DNA from: Minisyncoccota bacterium
GTDB taxonomy: Bacteria > Patescibacteriota > Minisyncoccia > Phycocordibacterales > Phycocordibacteraceae
Assembly (NCBI GenBank): GCA_036384675.1
Contig: DASVLW010000015.1
Location: 1-39,282, forward strand
Length of the DNA stretch: 39,282 nucleotides
Direction of reading: 5' to 3'
The position numbers were made by a program, and so were the translations under genes. Below are positions 26,355-35,112 of this stretch, in pieces. Position 1 is the first letter of the stretch; each line of letters begins with the position of its first letter. The notes under the pieces are model-generated. The model saw only the letters and a program-made list of their open reading frames with translations. It did not search any database and was not told where the DNA came from.

Positions 26355-27584
26355 ATGAAAACCGACGACCTCTTCCATGAGACATTCGCCGCGCTGCTCG
26401 CCAACAAGGCGCGCACGGCGCTCACGATGCTCGGCATCGTCATCGGCATCGGGTCCGTCATCGCGCTCGTGTCGATAGGGCAGGGCGCGCAGGCGTCCAT
26501 CAATTCGAGCATCAATGCGCTCGGCAGCAATCTCATCGAGATCATGCCGGGCGCGACGCAGAGTTTCGGCGGCCCGTCCGCGGGCCGCGGGGGCGCGACG
26601 ACGCTCACGAACGCCGATGCCGGCGCGATAGCGTCCTCGGTCGCGGACATCACGGCCGTATCGCCCGAGCTCACCGGCCGCTACCAGATAGTCGCGAAGG
26701 GCGCGAACACCAACACGACGGTGCTCGGCGTCACGTCGGCATACCCGGCGGTCCACAACCTGCAGGTCGCCGAGGGCGACTTCGTGAGCGACCAGGACAA
26801 CAAAACGCTCGCGAAAGTCGCGGTGCTCGGCCCCACCGTCCTCACCGACCTGTTCGGCGACGATGCGACCGCGGACGCCGCCATCGGCCAGACCATCCGC
26901 GTGAACGGCCAATTGTTCAAGGTCATCGGCGTTACGGTCGCCAAGGGAGGCTCGGGCTTCACGAGCCAGGACGATCAGATTTTCATACCGCTACAGACCG
27001 AGCAGAAATACCTCGCCGGCGGCACGCACCTCTCGACCGTGAGCATCGAGGCGGCGAGCGCGGATGCCATGGCGCAGGTGCAGGCGGATGTAACGTCGCT
27101 CCTGCTGGAGCGGCACAAGATTTCGGATCCGACCAAAGCCGACTTCAGCATCCTCAATCAGAACGACCTTCTTTCCACCGCGTCGAGCATCACGGGCACG
27201 TTCACGCTGCTTCTGGGCGCTATCGCGGGCATATCGCTTCTGGTCGGCGGCATCGGCATTATGAACATGATGCTCACCACCGTCACCGAGCGCACGCGCG
27301 AAATCGGCCTGCGCAAGGCCATCGGCGCGAAGCGCCGGGACATCAGCATGCAGTTTTTGGCCGAAGCCGTTGCACTCACGCTCGTGGGCGGCGCGGTCGG
27401 GCTCGCGCTCGGCGCGTTCGCGTCATTCCTCATCGCGTCGTTCACGACGCTTGCGCCGGCCATTACGCTGTCATCGGTCGCGCTCGCTATCGGCGTCTCA
27501 GCCGGCATCGGCATCGTATTCGGGTACTATCCGGCGCGGCGCGCGGCGGCGCTCAATCCTATCGACGCGCTGCGGTACGAATAA
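26355..27584 (+). CDS. ABC transporter permease, FtsX/MacB type with a periplasmic core domain
   Basis: 409 aa. One N-terminal TM, a large extracytoplasmic domain and three C-terminal TMs. TERTREIGLRKAIGA motif. Confidence 0.93.
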   Translation: MKTDDLFHETFAALLANKARTALTMLGIVIGIGSVIALVSIGQGAQASINSSINALGSNLIEIMPGATQSFGGPSAGRGGATTLTNADAGAIASSVADITAVSPELTGRYQIVAKGANTNTTVLGVTSAYPAVHNLQVAEGDFVSDQDNKTLAKVAVLGPTVLTDLFGDDATADAAIGQTIRVNGQLFKVIGVTVAKGGSGFTSQDDQIFIPLQTEQKYLAGGTHLSTVSIEAASADAMAQVQADVTSLLLERHKISDPTKADFSILNQNDLLSTASSITGTFTLLLGAIAGISLLVGGIGIMNMMLTTVTERTREIGLRKAIGAKRRDISMQFLAEAVALTLVGGAVGLALGAFASFLIASFTTLAPAITLSSVALAIGVSAGIGIVFGYYPARRAAALNPIDALRYE

Positions 27585-27800
27585 CGCCCGCTCACTCGGG
27601 GCCGCCGCCATTCCTCTTTTTTCGGCTCGGTCGCCGGCGATGATTTCCTCTCGGCTCCGCAAGGCCGGAGGAAATTATCGCGCAACTGCCTCGCCTGCAA
27701 AAAGCAGGAATGCCGGCACCCCCGCTCCGCTCCCCGACGGACGGCTGCACCAGAGGCGCGGCCGCTCCCGTATTCACCGTATATCAGTTTTGTTACACGC

Positions 27801-28310
27801 ATGATGCCTCATCTCACTACCAATCAGATAATCGGCGCGCTCGTCATCCTGGTCGTCGTCGCGGGCGGCTCGTTCTACGCGGGCCAGCATGCCGCAGGCG
27901 CTCACGCGGCGGGAATGCGCGGCGGCTATGCCGCGGGCGGCATGATGATGGGCGGGCAGGGCGGCGCGCAGCAGGGCCTTGCAGCACGTACGGGCGGCCT
28001 GTCGGGGGCGCGCACGGGCGGCGCAGGCGCCATGGGCGGACTCGTGTCGGGCAGCATCGTCTCCAAAGATGCGACCAGCGTCACGGTTTCTCTTACCGGC
28101 GGCGGCTCCGAGATCGTCTATCTGTCGCCGAGTACGACCGTTATGAAGAGCGACGCGGGATCCGCGGACGACCTCGCCGCAGGACAGAATGTCGTCATCA
28201 CGGGCGCTAAGAACAGCGACGGCAGCGTAAGCGCTTCGTCCATCCAGATTCGCCCTGCAGGAACGCAGGCCGTTCAGGTCTCTCCGGCTGTTCCGCAGTC
28301 GCCGCGATAG
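27801..28310 (+). CDS. Hypothetical membrane-anchored protein with a Gly/Met/Ala-rich linker and a small beta-rich C-terminal domain
   Basis: N-terminal TM (IIGALVILVVVAGG) and a low-complexity linker. The C-terminal domain is IVSKDATSVTVSL...DLAAGQNVVITGAKNSDGSVSASSIQIRP. It is followed by a strong terminator. Confidence 0.7.
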   Translation: MMPHLTTNQIIGALVILVVVAGGSFYAGQHAAGAHAAGMRGGYAAGGMMMGGQGGAQQGLAARTGGLSGARTGGAGAMGGLVSGSIVSKDATSVTVSLTGGGSEIVYLSPSTTVMKSDAGSADDLAAGQNVVITGAKNSDGSVSASSIQIRPAGTQAVQVSPAVPQSPR

Positions 28311-28326
28311 GGTAAGAACGCAGGAG

Positions 28327-28371
28327 CAAAATACCGGGCCTGCAGGCAAAGCCTGCAGGCCCGGTATTTTG
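28327..28371 (+). terminator. Rho-independent terminator
   Basis: ataccgggcctgcaggc-aaa-gcctgcaggcccggtat 17-bp stem followed by tttt. Confidence 0.9.
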
Positions 28372-28387
28372 GCGGTATCATACGGGC

Positions 28388-28882
28388 ATGGAACCCGACC
28401 GCACCCCTACCTTCGTGGATTTCCTCGAAACCTCGGCGTTCGTCGACGCCAGCGACCTCGTCCCCGAGCCGGGCGACGTTACGGATGTGTGCGCCATCTG
28501 CTTCATCGGGGAGCGCCTCGTGCTCGTGCGCGCCGCAGCGGACAGCCCGTGGGACCTCGTCATGGACGAGGCGCACCCGCACGAGACCGTGCAGGAAGCC
28601 ACCGAGCGCGTCGTACAGCAGCGTATCTGCATGAAGGGAACCATGTGCACGCTGCTCGGCTACCTGGTCGTGCCGACCGATGACGGCGACGCGCTCGTCG
28701 CATGTTCGAGCGTCACGGTCGAACCCGATGGCGTGCATACGCCCGACACCGAAGGCCCGGCGGCGACCATGAAGGTCGTGGAGCTGTCGCGCGTGCGCGA
28801 CTATCTGCCCTGGACCAGCCGCCTTTCGGTGCTCCTGCATCGCGCGAACGCGGAACACCCCTCCATCCAGAGCGGGTTGTAA
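28388..28882 (+). CDS. Hypothetical protein
   Basis: 164-aa ORF with local codon bias. No motif was recognised. Confidence 0.6.
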   Translation: MEPDRTPTFVDFLETSAFVDASDLVPEPGDVTDVCAICFIGERLVLVRAAADSPWDLVMDEAHPHETVQEATERVVQQRICMKGTMCTLLGYLVVPTDDGDALVACSSVTVEPDGVHTPDTEGPAATMKVVELSRVRDYLPWTSRLSVLLHRANAEHPSIQSGL

Positions 28883-28894
28883 TGGTGCGCGGTT

Positions 28895-29704
28895 CTAGGC
28901 CAGCTGCCTGCCAAGCAGGAACGCTTCCTGCCCGGGTCCATCGCGCCGTCTTACAAACACCGCCAGCGCGTCTTCCGGAGCGTAGATATTCTTTCCGCCG
29001 TCCGTTCCTATCAATTCGCCTTTTCGTGCTGGTTCGAAATCCGCGAATTCTCTCGACGGAGAAAAATCGACCTCAGCGACGTGGCAGAAAAACATGTGAA
29101 CGTGCTTTTGATCGGGAACGGCAGGGACGGGTGCCGTTTCAATAATGCCGAGGTGCGCGAGGAATTGCGTGATGGAACTGGTCGCTCGATGAACCTGCGC
29201 GCCGCCGTCGAACACGGAACCGCACTCGATGCCGAGGGACAGCTTACCGAGACGGCTCATGTATCCGTCCGTTGCGCCCGGCTCAACCGCGTCCCAGCCG
29301 TCGGTTATGAGCGGGAAATCCAGCGTCTTGGCCAGCGCGCGCGATTCGTTTCCTTCGCATATGACGAATGGCGTGGCAGAGCGGCTGTTGCTCGCATGGA
29401 TATCAAGCAGGGCATCGCACTCCTTGAGAAGCTCCATCAACTCGCGGGCCCTGTTGTCCTCATAGGTTGAGCCGGTATTGTTTTCCAGAAAGCAGCGATT
29501 CATATTCTTTTCCACGAAACGCAGGTTCTGCGCGATCGCAAGGGGATTGGCTTCGACAAAATAAACCGTGCCGCACTCCAGTTTTAGATTCGACGCAGCC
29601 TGCCGCACAGCATCGACGCCGACGCGCTCGTTGCCGTGCACCCCGCCGAATACGGCGGCCGTCTTGCCGGGCCGCCCGCTGTCTATTCTCGTTACTCCTT
29701 CCAT
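28895..29704 (-). CDS. Succinylglutamate desuccinylase/aspartoacylase family zinc hydrolase (M14-like)
   Basis: VFGGVHGNERVG (HxxE zinc motif), DIHAS and GIECGS are typical of the AstE/AspA family. Confidence 0.85.
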   Translation of the reverse strand: MEGVTRIDSGRPGKTAAVFGGVHGNERVGVDAVRQAASNLKLECGTVYFVEANPLAIAQNLRFVEKNMNRCFLENNTGSTYEDNRARELMELLKECDALLDIHASNSRSATPFVICEGNESRALAKTLDFPLITDGWDAVEPGATDGYMSRLGKLSLGIECGSVFDGGAQVHRATSSITQFLAHLGIIETAPVPAVPDQKHVHMFFCHVAEVDFSPSREFADFEPARKGELIGTDGGKNIYAPEDALAVFVRRRDGPGQEAFLLGRQLA

Positions 29705-29800
29705 CTGACCAGTCTACCCTATTTACCGAGCAGTCCTTGCCGGCGTAAGGGAAGTGGAATCACTATTTTGCGAACGTGAGAGCACTCGATTGGGCGGGCC

Positions 29801-29829
29801 TTTACATTTTCTATTCCAGGTCGTATATT
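29801..29829 (+). promoter_or_regulatory. Sigma70-like promoter
   Basis: TTTACA, 17-nt spacer, TATATT. A GAGGAG Shine-Dalgarno lies 7 nt before ATG 29861. Confidence 0.55.
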
Positions 29830-29860
29830 TTATTCCAGTAGTTTCTTTGAGGAGATTGCC

Positions 29861-30379
29861 ATGAACAAGCAGCTCATGCCGCCGAAGGGCGGACGCATAG
29901 AGACTCTCACTGTCTCCATTGATCCAAAACGCATGTGGGAAGACTTGCTGCGTGCCGGAGCGCCCGATACGCCCGCAAGGGACCTGGAACCGTGTGTGAT
30001 CTGGAACGAAGCGCTCATGCCGCCTGAAAATATCGAGGCGGGAAGGGCGGAGATTATCCTCGTGAATTTCGGGAGCCAGTGCGAATACAGTACGGCCGAA
30101 GCATTCGGTACCCGGAATCATCTCGCGCCCGTTCACCCTCGTCACTGCTTGGCTATTGCTGAGCAGTATCCCCGCCTTCACAAGAAACTCGGCGTGAAAT
30201 GGTGCTCGGTCGTCCGGCCTCGCACGTTTACTCACCCCGAGCAGCGGAAAGAGCTGATCTTCCACGTCCTGTTCGCGGACGATGAGCGCAGAGCTCAGGT
30301 GGTGAGCATGTGGCGGCGCGTTTACACCTGGGAGTGGGGTGCGTTCCTGCGGCTGCCCGAGCGGTTGCGTCTCGCGTAA
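29861..30379 (+). CDS. Hypothetical protein
   Basis: 172-aa ORF with a good SD and promoter. Lower GC than the upstream region. No family was recognised. Confidence 0.7.
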   Translation: MNKQLMPPKGGRIETLTVSIDPKRMWEDLLRAGAPDTPARDLEPCVIWNEALMPPENIEAGRAEIILVNFGSQCEYSTAEAFGTRNHLAPVHPRHCLAIAEQYPRLHKKLGVKWCSVVRPRTFTHPEQRKELIFHVLFADDERRAQVVSMWRRVYTWEWGAFLRLPERLRLA

Positions 30380-30402
30380 GCCTTGTGGCGTGTGAATATA
30401 AC

Positions 30403-30428
30403 GAGCCGGCTCTGAAACGAGCCGGCTC
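30403..30428 (+). terminator. Hairpin formed by two copies of the self-complementary decamer gagccggctc
   Basis: gagccggctc-tgaaac-gagccggctc read directly. There is no U-tract. Confidence 0.4.
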
Positions 30429-30508
30429 GAACTGTCTCTCAAACCTTAATTCCTTACCGAGAACGAACGCCTCGTTTCCGTGCCACTTATTATTCATAGG
30501 ATAAGCAA

Positions 30509-30540
30509 TAAGCGCATCCTCTTGCATGAGGATGCGCTTA
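30509..30540 (-). terminator. Hairpin terminator 14 nt downstream of the minus-strand GNAT gene
   Basis: taagcgcatcctc-ttgcat-gaggatgcgctta, a 13-bp stem. Confidence 0.7.
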
Positions 30541-30553
30541 CGACTCGAGAATC

Positions 30554-31078
30554 TCATCGAACCAACAGCTGGCACTGGGCCAGCACGGCGCGATGCGGAC
30601 AGTGAGCCTTTTGTTCATCAGTCTCCCATCGATCACAGGGCCCGCATACTACCGCGTAGGGAGCGGCGTGCGGCCATTCTGATCGAGAAGCTTCTCTGAA
30701 GCCGTGTTTGAGCGCGAGCGTGACGACGCGTGGATTGTGCGTAACGACAAACCCATGCGCCCCGGGCGGCAAGAGATCAAGCCGGCCGCGATAGATCATG
30801 TGAGCCAGGCCCAAGCCCGGCCCGCGAAACTCGTTCGCGACCCACAGCGAGCCCAGCTCGAACCATGTACTATCGGATGTCGGCCACAGGACGCCGATTC
30901 CGATAATGCGCTCGGATTGTGCGGCCGAAACATCGCCCTGCCGGACCACGATGGCTCGTTTTTGTTCGTATGCCATGCGCAGGGCGTCGGGCGCGATGCG
31001 TTCTTTCAGAAAGACCTCATCTCCGTCATTCTCTCGGCTCATTTCGTCCGAAAGAGTCTGCCATATATTCCGGTCCAT
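30554..31078 (-). CDS. GNAT family N-acetyltransferase with a Cys/His-rich C-terminal tail
   Basis: ELGSLWVANEFRGPGLGLAHMIY (acetyl-CoA binding R/Q-x-x-G-x-G/A). AAGGAGA SD 6 nt before ATG 31078. The tail is VVCGPCDRWETDEQKAHCPH. The longer ORF to 31258 is rejected. Confidence 0.8.
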   Translation of the reverse strand: MDRNIWQTLSDEMSRENDGDEVFLKERIAPDALRMAYEQKRAIVVRQGDVSAAQSERIIGIGVLWPTSDSTWFELGSLWVANEFRGPGLGLAHMIYRGRLDLLPPGAHGFVVTHNPRVVTLALKHGFREASRSEWPHAAPYAVVCGPCDRWETDEQKAHCPHRAVLAQCQLLVR

Positions 31079-31212
31079 GACCGTCTCCTTGACGTGTGTT
31101 ACCCCGGATGGAGAATACCAGAAATATGCCGTATTACAAGTTATGCCGGATCCGGTAAAAAATAAGGGGTGCCCGGCCAACGGCCGAACACCCCTTGATA
31201 CGGATCGTCGCG

Positions 31213-32937
31213 TTACATGCGTTCGAGCGTCTCGATGCCCAGCAGAGAAAGGCCCCACCGTATCGATTCACCCGCAGCGCACGCAAGCGCGAGCCGTTCG
31301 TTCCTCAACACTGCATCCTCGCACTTGAATATAGGATGAGCTTTGTAGAAACGGTTGAAGCTCCGGGCGAGCACGATAGTGCGTTTCGCGACCAGCGTCG
31401 GATTGTAGTCCTCGGCAGCTCGAAGCACCACGTCCGGAAAGTCGATTATTTCCCGGGCGAGTTCGCGTTCCTCCGGGTTACCGAGCTTCGTGAATCGCTC
31501 CACGAGTCCGGCTGCATCCGCTTTGGCGACCAAGCTCCTGATGCGGGCATATGTATAGAGGCAGTATGGGCCCGTATCTCCCTCGAAGGCGAGGGATTTT
31601 TTCGGATCAAACAGTATCTTCTTCGTTGATCCGAAGCCCAGCAGATAGAACTTGATCGCCGCAAGGCCTATAATATCCGCCCGCCGCATGACTTCTTCGT
31701 CTGCGACTGGCGATTCGGCCTTGCTGCGGATGACCTGCGCGGCGAGCTTTTGCATCTCGTCCGCCAGGTCGTCCGCATCGACAACCGTTCCTTCGCGCGA
31801 CTTCATGCGGCCTTCCGGAAGCTCCACCATCCCGTAGGAGAGGTGGTAGCAGCGGGAAGCCCATGGGTACTCGAAGGCGCGCAGCATGCTGAACAGGGCA
31901 GCGAAATGCTGATCCTGCTCGGATGCCACGACGTACAGCGAGCGGTCCAGATTCCAGTCATCGGCTTTCCGCACCGCGGTGCCGAGATCCTGGGTCAGGT
32001 AGACGCTCGTCCCATCTTTCCGCAGGACTGTTTCGCTGCGCTCGTTGCCGTTCTTGTCCTTCCCGAAAGAATCGGGAAGGGGGTAGGCGACCGAGCCGTC
32101 GTCGCGCCGCACGAATATGCCGCGCCCGATTCCTTCCGCTACGATGTCTTTGCCGAGCCGATACGTCTGCGACTCGTAATACATCGCATCGAACCGGAAT
32201 CCATACCGCGCGTAGGTTTCCGCGAAGCCAGCGTACACCCAGTCATTCATGCGCTTCCAAAGCGCCATGACTGAAGGATCGCCTGCTTCCCATTTGCGGA
32301 GCATGTCCTCCGCTTCCGGTTTCAGCGCGTCGTCCTTGCCTGATTCCGCCGCATAGCGGATGTACCAGTCGCCGACGAAGTGATCGCTCTTGCGGCCGGC
32401 CGATTCGGGAGTCTGCCCATTCCCGAAACGGTCGTACACCAGCATGCTTTTGCAGATATGGATGCCCCGATCGTTGACCAGATTCCCGCGGATGACCGTA
32501 TGTCCGGCCGCCTCAAGGATATTTGCGACCGAGGTGCCGAGAACGCCGTTGCGTACATGCCCCAGATGCAGAGGTTTGTTGGTGTTCGGAGACAAATACT
32601 CGACCATAATCCGTTCGGCAGCCAAGGCCTCGTGGATAGACAGAACGAGCTTGTCCCGCGACGAGGCAATCGCTTTCTCGAACAGCGCGCTCGCCCAGAT
32701 ATTCACATACGGGCCCGCGACGCTGATCCGCGACGCGATGCCTTCCGGAGCGAGCACATCTGCAATTCGGCGAGCCAGAGATGTAGGCTCGACACCGAGC
32801 TGGTGCGCCGCCGAAGTGGCGCACCACGAGTAGTCGCCCTGTCCCGGCGGGGGCCGTCCGAGTTCGACCGTTACTTCAATGTCGTCAAAGATCAACGTGA
32901 GCGCTTGCGAAAGCGCCTGCTTGATTTCCGTGGTCAT
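31213..32937 (-). CDS. argS: Arginine--tRNA ligase
   Basis: 574 aa. SPNTNKPLHLGHVRN (HIGH), a class I core, a C-terminal DALR anticodon-binding domain ending ...LLGIETLERM. Confidence 0.96.
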   Translation of the reverse strand: MTTEIKQALSQALTLIFDDIEVTVELGRPPPGQGDYSWCATSAAHQLGVEPTSLARRIADVLAPEGIASRISVAGPYVNIWASALFEKAIASSRDKLVLSIHEALAAERIMVEYLSPNTNKPLHLGHVRNGVLGTSVANILEAAGHTVIRGNLVNDRGIHICKSMLVYDRFGNGQTPESAGRKSDHFVGDWYIRYAAESGKDDALKPEAEDMLRKWEAGDPSVMALWKRMNDWVYAGFAETYARYGFRFDAMYYESQTYRLGKDIVAEGIGRGIFVRRDDGSVAYPLPDSFGKDKNGNERSETVLRKDGTSVYLTQDLGTAVRKADDWNLDRSLYVVASEQDQHFAALFSMLRAFEYPWASRCYHLSYGMVELPEGRMKSREGTVVDADDLADEMQKLAAQVIRSKAESPVADEEVMRRADIIGLAAIKFYLLGFGSTKKILFDPKKSLAFEGDTGPYCLYTYARIRSLVAKADAAGLVERFTKLGNPEERELAREIIDFPDVVLRAAEDYNPTLVAKRTIVLARSFNRFYKAHPIFKCEDAVLRNERLALACAAGESIRWGLSLLGIETLERM

Positions 32938-33020
32938 TGATTTCTCCTATATCACGTTCTGAAATTGTTTTACCAGCTTGATTAGAGTCTGTCAATTCTC
33001 GATAAATGCATCACGCGTCG

Positions 33021-34382
33021 CTACCATCCGAAAAGCGCGCCGATTTCTGCCGCATCTTCTTTCTTGCGAAGCACGGCGACCGAGCCTTCTTGAAGGGAGA
33101 TCCGGGTCGGATGAGAGAGCAGGCAATGATACGAGGCTAGCGAATCCTGGTACGCGCCTGTATCGAATACTGCTATATATAAGTTAGTACCCGGCTTGAG
33201 CGCAGGCATGGAGATCTTTTGCCCGCCTTCGGGCACATACTCGTCATCGCTGTCGCAGGAGCTTCCCGCGAGCCACACGGTTTCGGGCGTGGCGTCGCGC
33301 AATCTGTTCACCGGGGTGATATGCCAGCGCTGATGAAGCGACCACGTGTCAGGAAGGTTCGCAATGAAACTGCCGTCGATGACGTACCACTTTCCGCGCA
33401 TGCCCTTGCCGATCGGCTTATCTCCTATGATGCGAAACACGCTTATCTGGGCGGGAGCGATGACATGCCGTCCCCATTCGCACATTATATGAGGAGATGG
33501 CACGCCCAGCCTCGCTGATTCCTTCTTGCAGGCCGAGACGATCGCAGCCGCCAGCTTCTCCGTCGTATAAAAGGACTTTTTCTCGTAGGGTATGCCTGCG
33601 CCTCCTCCTATATTCAAGGTCTCGAGGCCCGGATTCTTTATTTTCATATCCGCATATAGCTTCATGGCCTGCCGTATCGGCGTCACGAAGCCGTCGATTC
33701 CCTCTATCTGGCTGCTTATATGGTACGAGAGAATTGAGAGGTTCGGTATCGTGCCGAGCGCGCGAAGGTCTTTTTCCGGAAAGCCGAACCGATTGAACTT
33801 CTTATCCCAATGGGAATCGACTTTGACGCTCAAGTCGACGCGGATCCCTACCTTGCCCGAATAGGTGCCGAGCGCAGCGAGTTCTCCCGCATCTTCTATG
33901 ATAGGCACGATAGAAAAACCTTCCCGATACATCCGGCGTATGAGATCTAGGTATTCCGAAGTCTTGGGGCCATTGCAGTGGATATGAAGATCCGCTCGGG
34001 CTTCGCCATTTCTGATCATCCCCCGGACGAGCATGAGCTCATTGGCAGAAGACGTCTCGATCTCAGCGCCCGCATTCAAGACGCTGGTCACATACTCTTT
34101 GCGCTGATTCACCTTCATCGGGTAGTGATACGAGAATGTTCCCGCATACGATTCCTTGCGGATAGCGTCATTGAACGACTGAATCACAGCCCGCACGCGA
34201 TCCGTCGCTACTTCAGGCAGGAATACTTCGAGAGGCGTCCCGTATTGCTTCGCGAGCCCGTCAACGCTGTGCGTATGATTTCCAGACCGTATTGTCAGTT
34301 CGCCGTTCTTTGAAACGCCGAAAGGACTAGTATTGAATTTCTTCTCCCCGAGCTTCCATCGCCTTAAGGCAGAGACGGGCAT
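33021..34382 (-). CDS. PLP-dependent Orn/DAP/Arg decarboxylase family protein (short SpeA-like arginine decarboxylase candidate)
   Basis: YPMKVNQ (PLP-Lys context as in SpeA PIKVNQ), YHISSQ, NIGGGAGIPY and SSCDSDD motifs. 453 aa. Confidence 0.85.
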   Translation of the reverse strand: MPVSALRRWKLGEKKFNTSPFGVSKNGELTIRSGNHTHSVDGLAKQYGTPLEVFLPEVATDRVRAVIQSFNDAIRKESYAGTFSYHYPMKVNQRKEYVTSVLNAGAEIETSSANELMLVRGMIRNGEARADLHIHCNGPKTSEYLDLIRRMYREGFSIVPIIEDAGELAALGTYSGKVGIRVDLSVKVDSHWDKKFNRFGFPEKDLRALGTIPNLSILSYHISSQIEGIDGFVTPIRQAMKLYADMKIKNPGLETLNIGGGAGIPYEKKSFYTTEKLAAAIVSACKKESARLGVPSPHIMCEWGRHVIAPAQISVFRIIGDKPIGKGMRGKWYVIDGSFIANLPDTWSLHQRWHITPVNRLRDATPETVWLAGSSCDSDDEYVPEGGQKISMPALKPGTNLYIAVFDTGAYQDSLASYHCLLSHPTRISLQEGSVAVLRKKEDAAEIGALFGW

Positions 34383-34497
34383 ATGTTGGGCTCATATTCT
34401 GCTTAGTAGCGAGTTTGTCAAGCTTCCGCCGGTCGTTTCTATATCATCAGGCGGGCAAATATATAGCCAGCCGCAAAATGCTACCATCTAACTATTC

Positions 34498-35028
34498 ATG
34501 ACCGCGTGGCTCGCGAAGCATCATCATAAGATCCGGGAGATAGGAACCGGGCTTTTCCTGTGGGAAGGGTTCAATTTCGTATACGACTTCATCTTCTATC
34601 CGTTCGCGCTCGCGTACTGGGGGCTGCTGGTCGGCGGCACGGTCGTCGTCGTGCTGTCGTTCGCGGTGAACGCGTTCGTGTTCTGGCTCTACGAATACAT
34701 GCGGGTGGACTGGCTCGCGGCGCACGCGCTGCGCGAGCTCGAGGACAAGGAGAACAAGAGCAATATCGAGAAGCTCGCGTCATGGATAGGGAAGGAGAAA
34801 CTGACGCTCTGGGAGAAACTCGCAAGCCCTATCGTGTTCGTGACGCTGCTGTTCCCGCTCGATCCGGTCATCGTCGCCGTTCATTACCGCAAAGCGCATT
34901 TCAAGGGCCTCGGCTGGCGGGACTGGGGCATATTTGCCGCTGCAACCGCCGTCGCGAACGCGTGGTGGCTCCTGAAGGTGGGGCTTGTCGTCGAGGCGGC
35001 GCTTTATGCCTGGCAGTACTTGTTCTAG
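34498..35028 (+). CDS. Hypothetical membrane protein
   Basis: 176 aa with four or five hydrophobic helices. No family was recognised. Confidence 0.65.
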   Translation: MTAWLAKHHHKIREIGTGLFLWEGFNFVYDFIFYPFALAYWGLLVGGTVVVVLSFAVNAFVFWLYEYMRVDWLAAHALRELEDKENKSNIEKLASWIGKEKLTLWEKLASPIVFVTLLFPLDPVIVAVHYRKAHFKGLGWRDWGIFAAATAVANAWWLLKVGLVVEAALYAWQYLF

Positions 35029-35112
35029 TGCGGGGTCTGGACATCAGCCGGGTTCGTAGTAGTACTTATAGGTATACGGCCGCAGGGCAGACCCGAGACA
35101 GCCGCCTCATTC

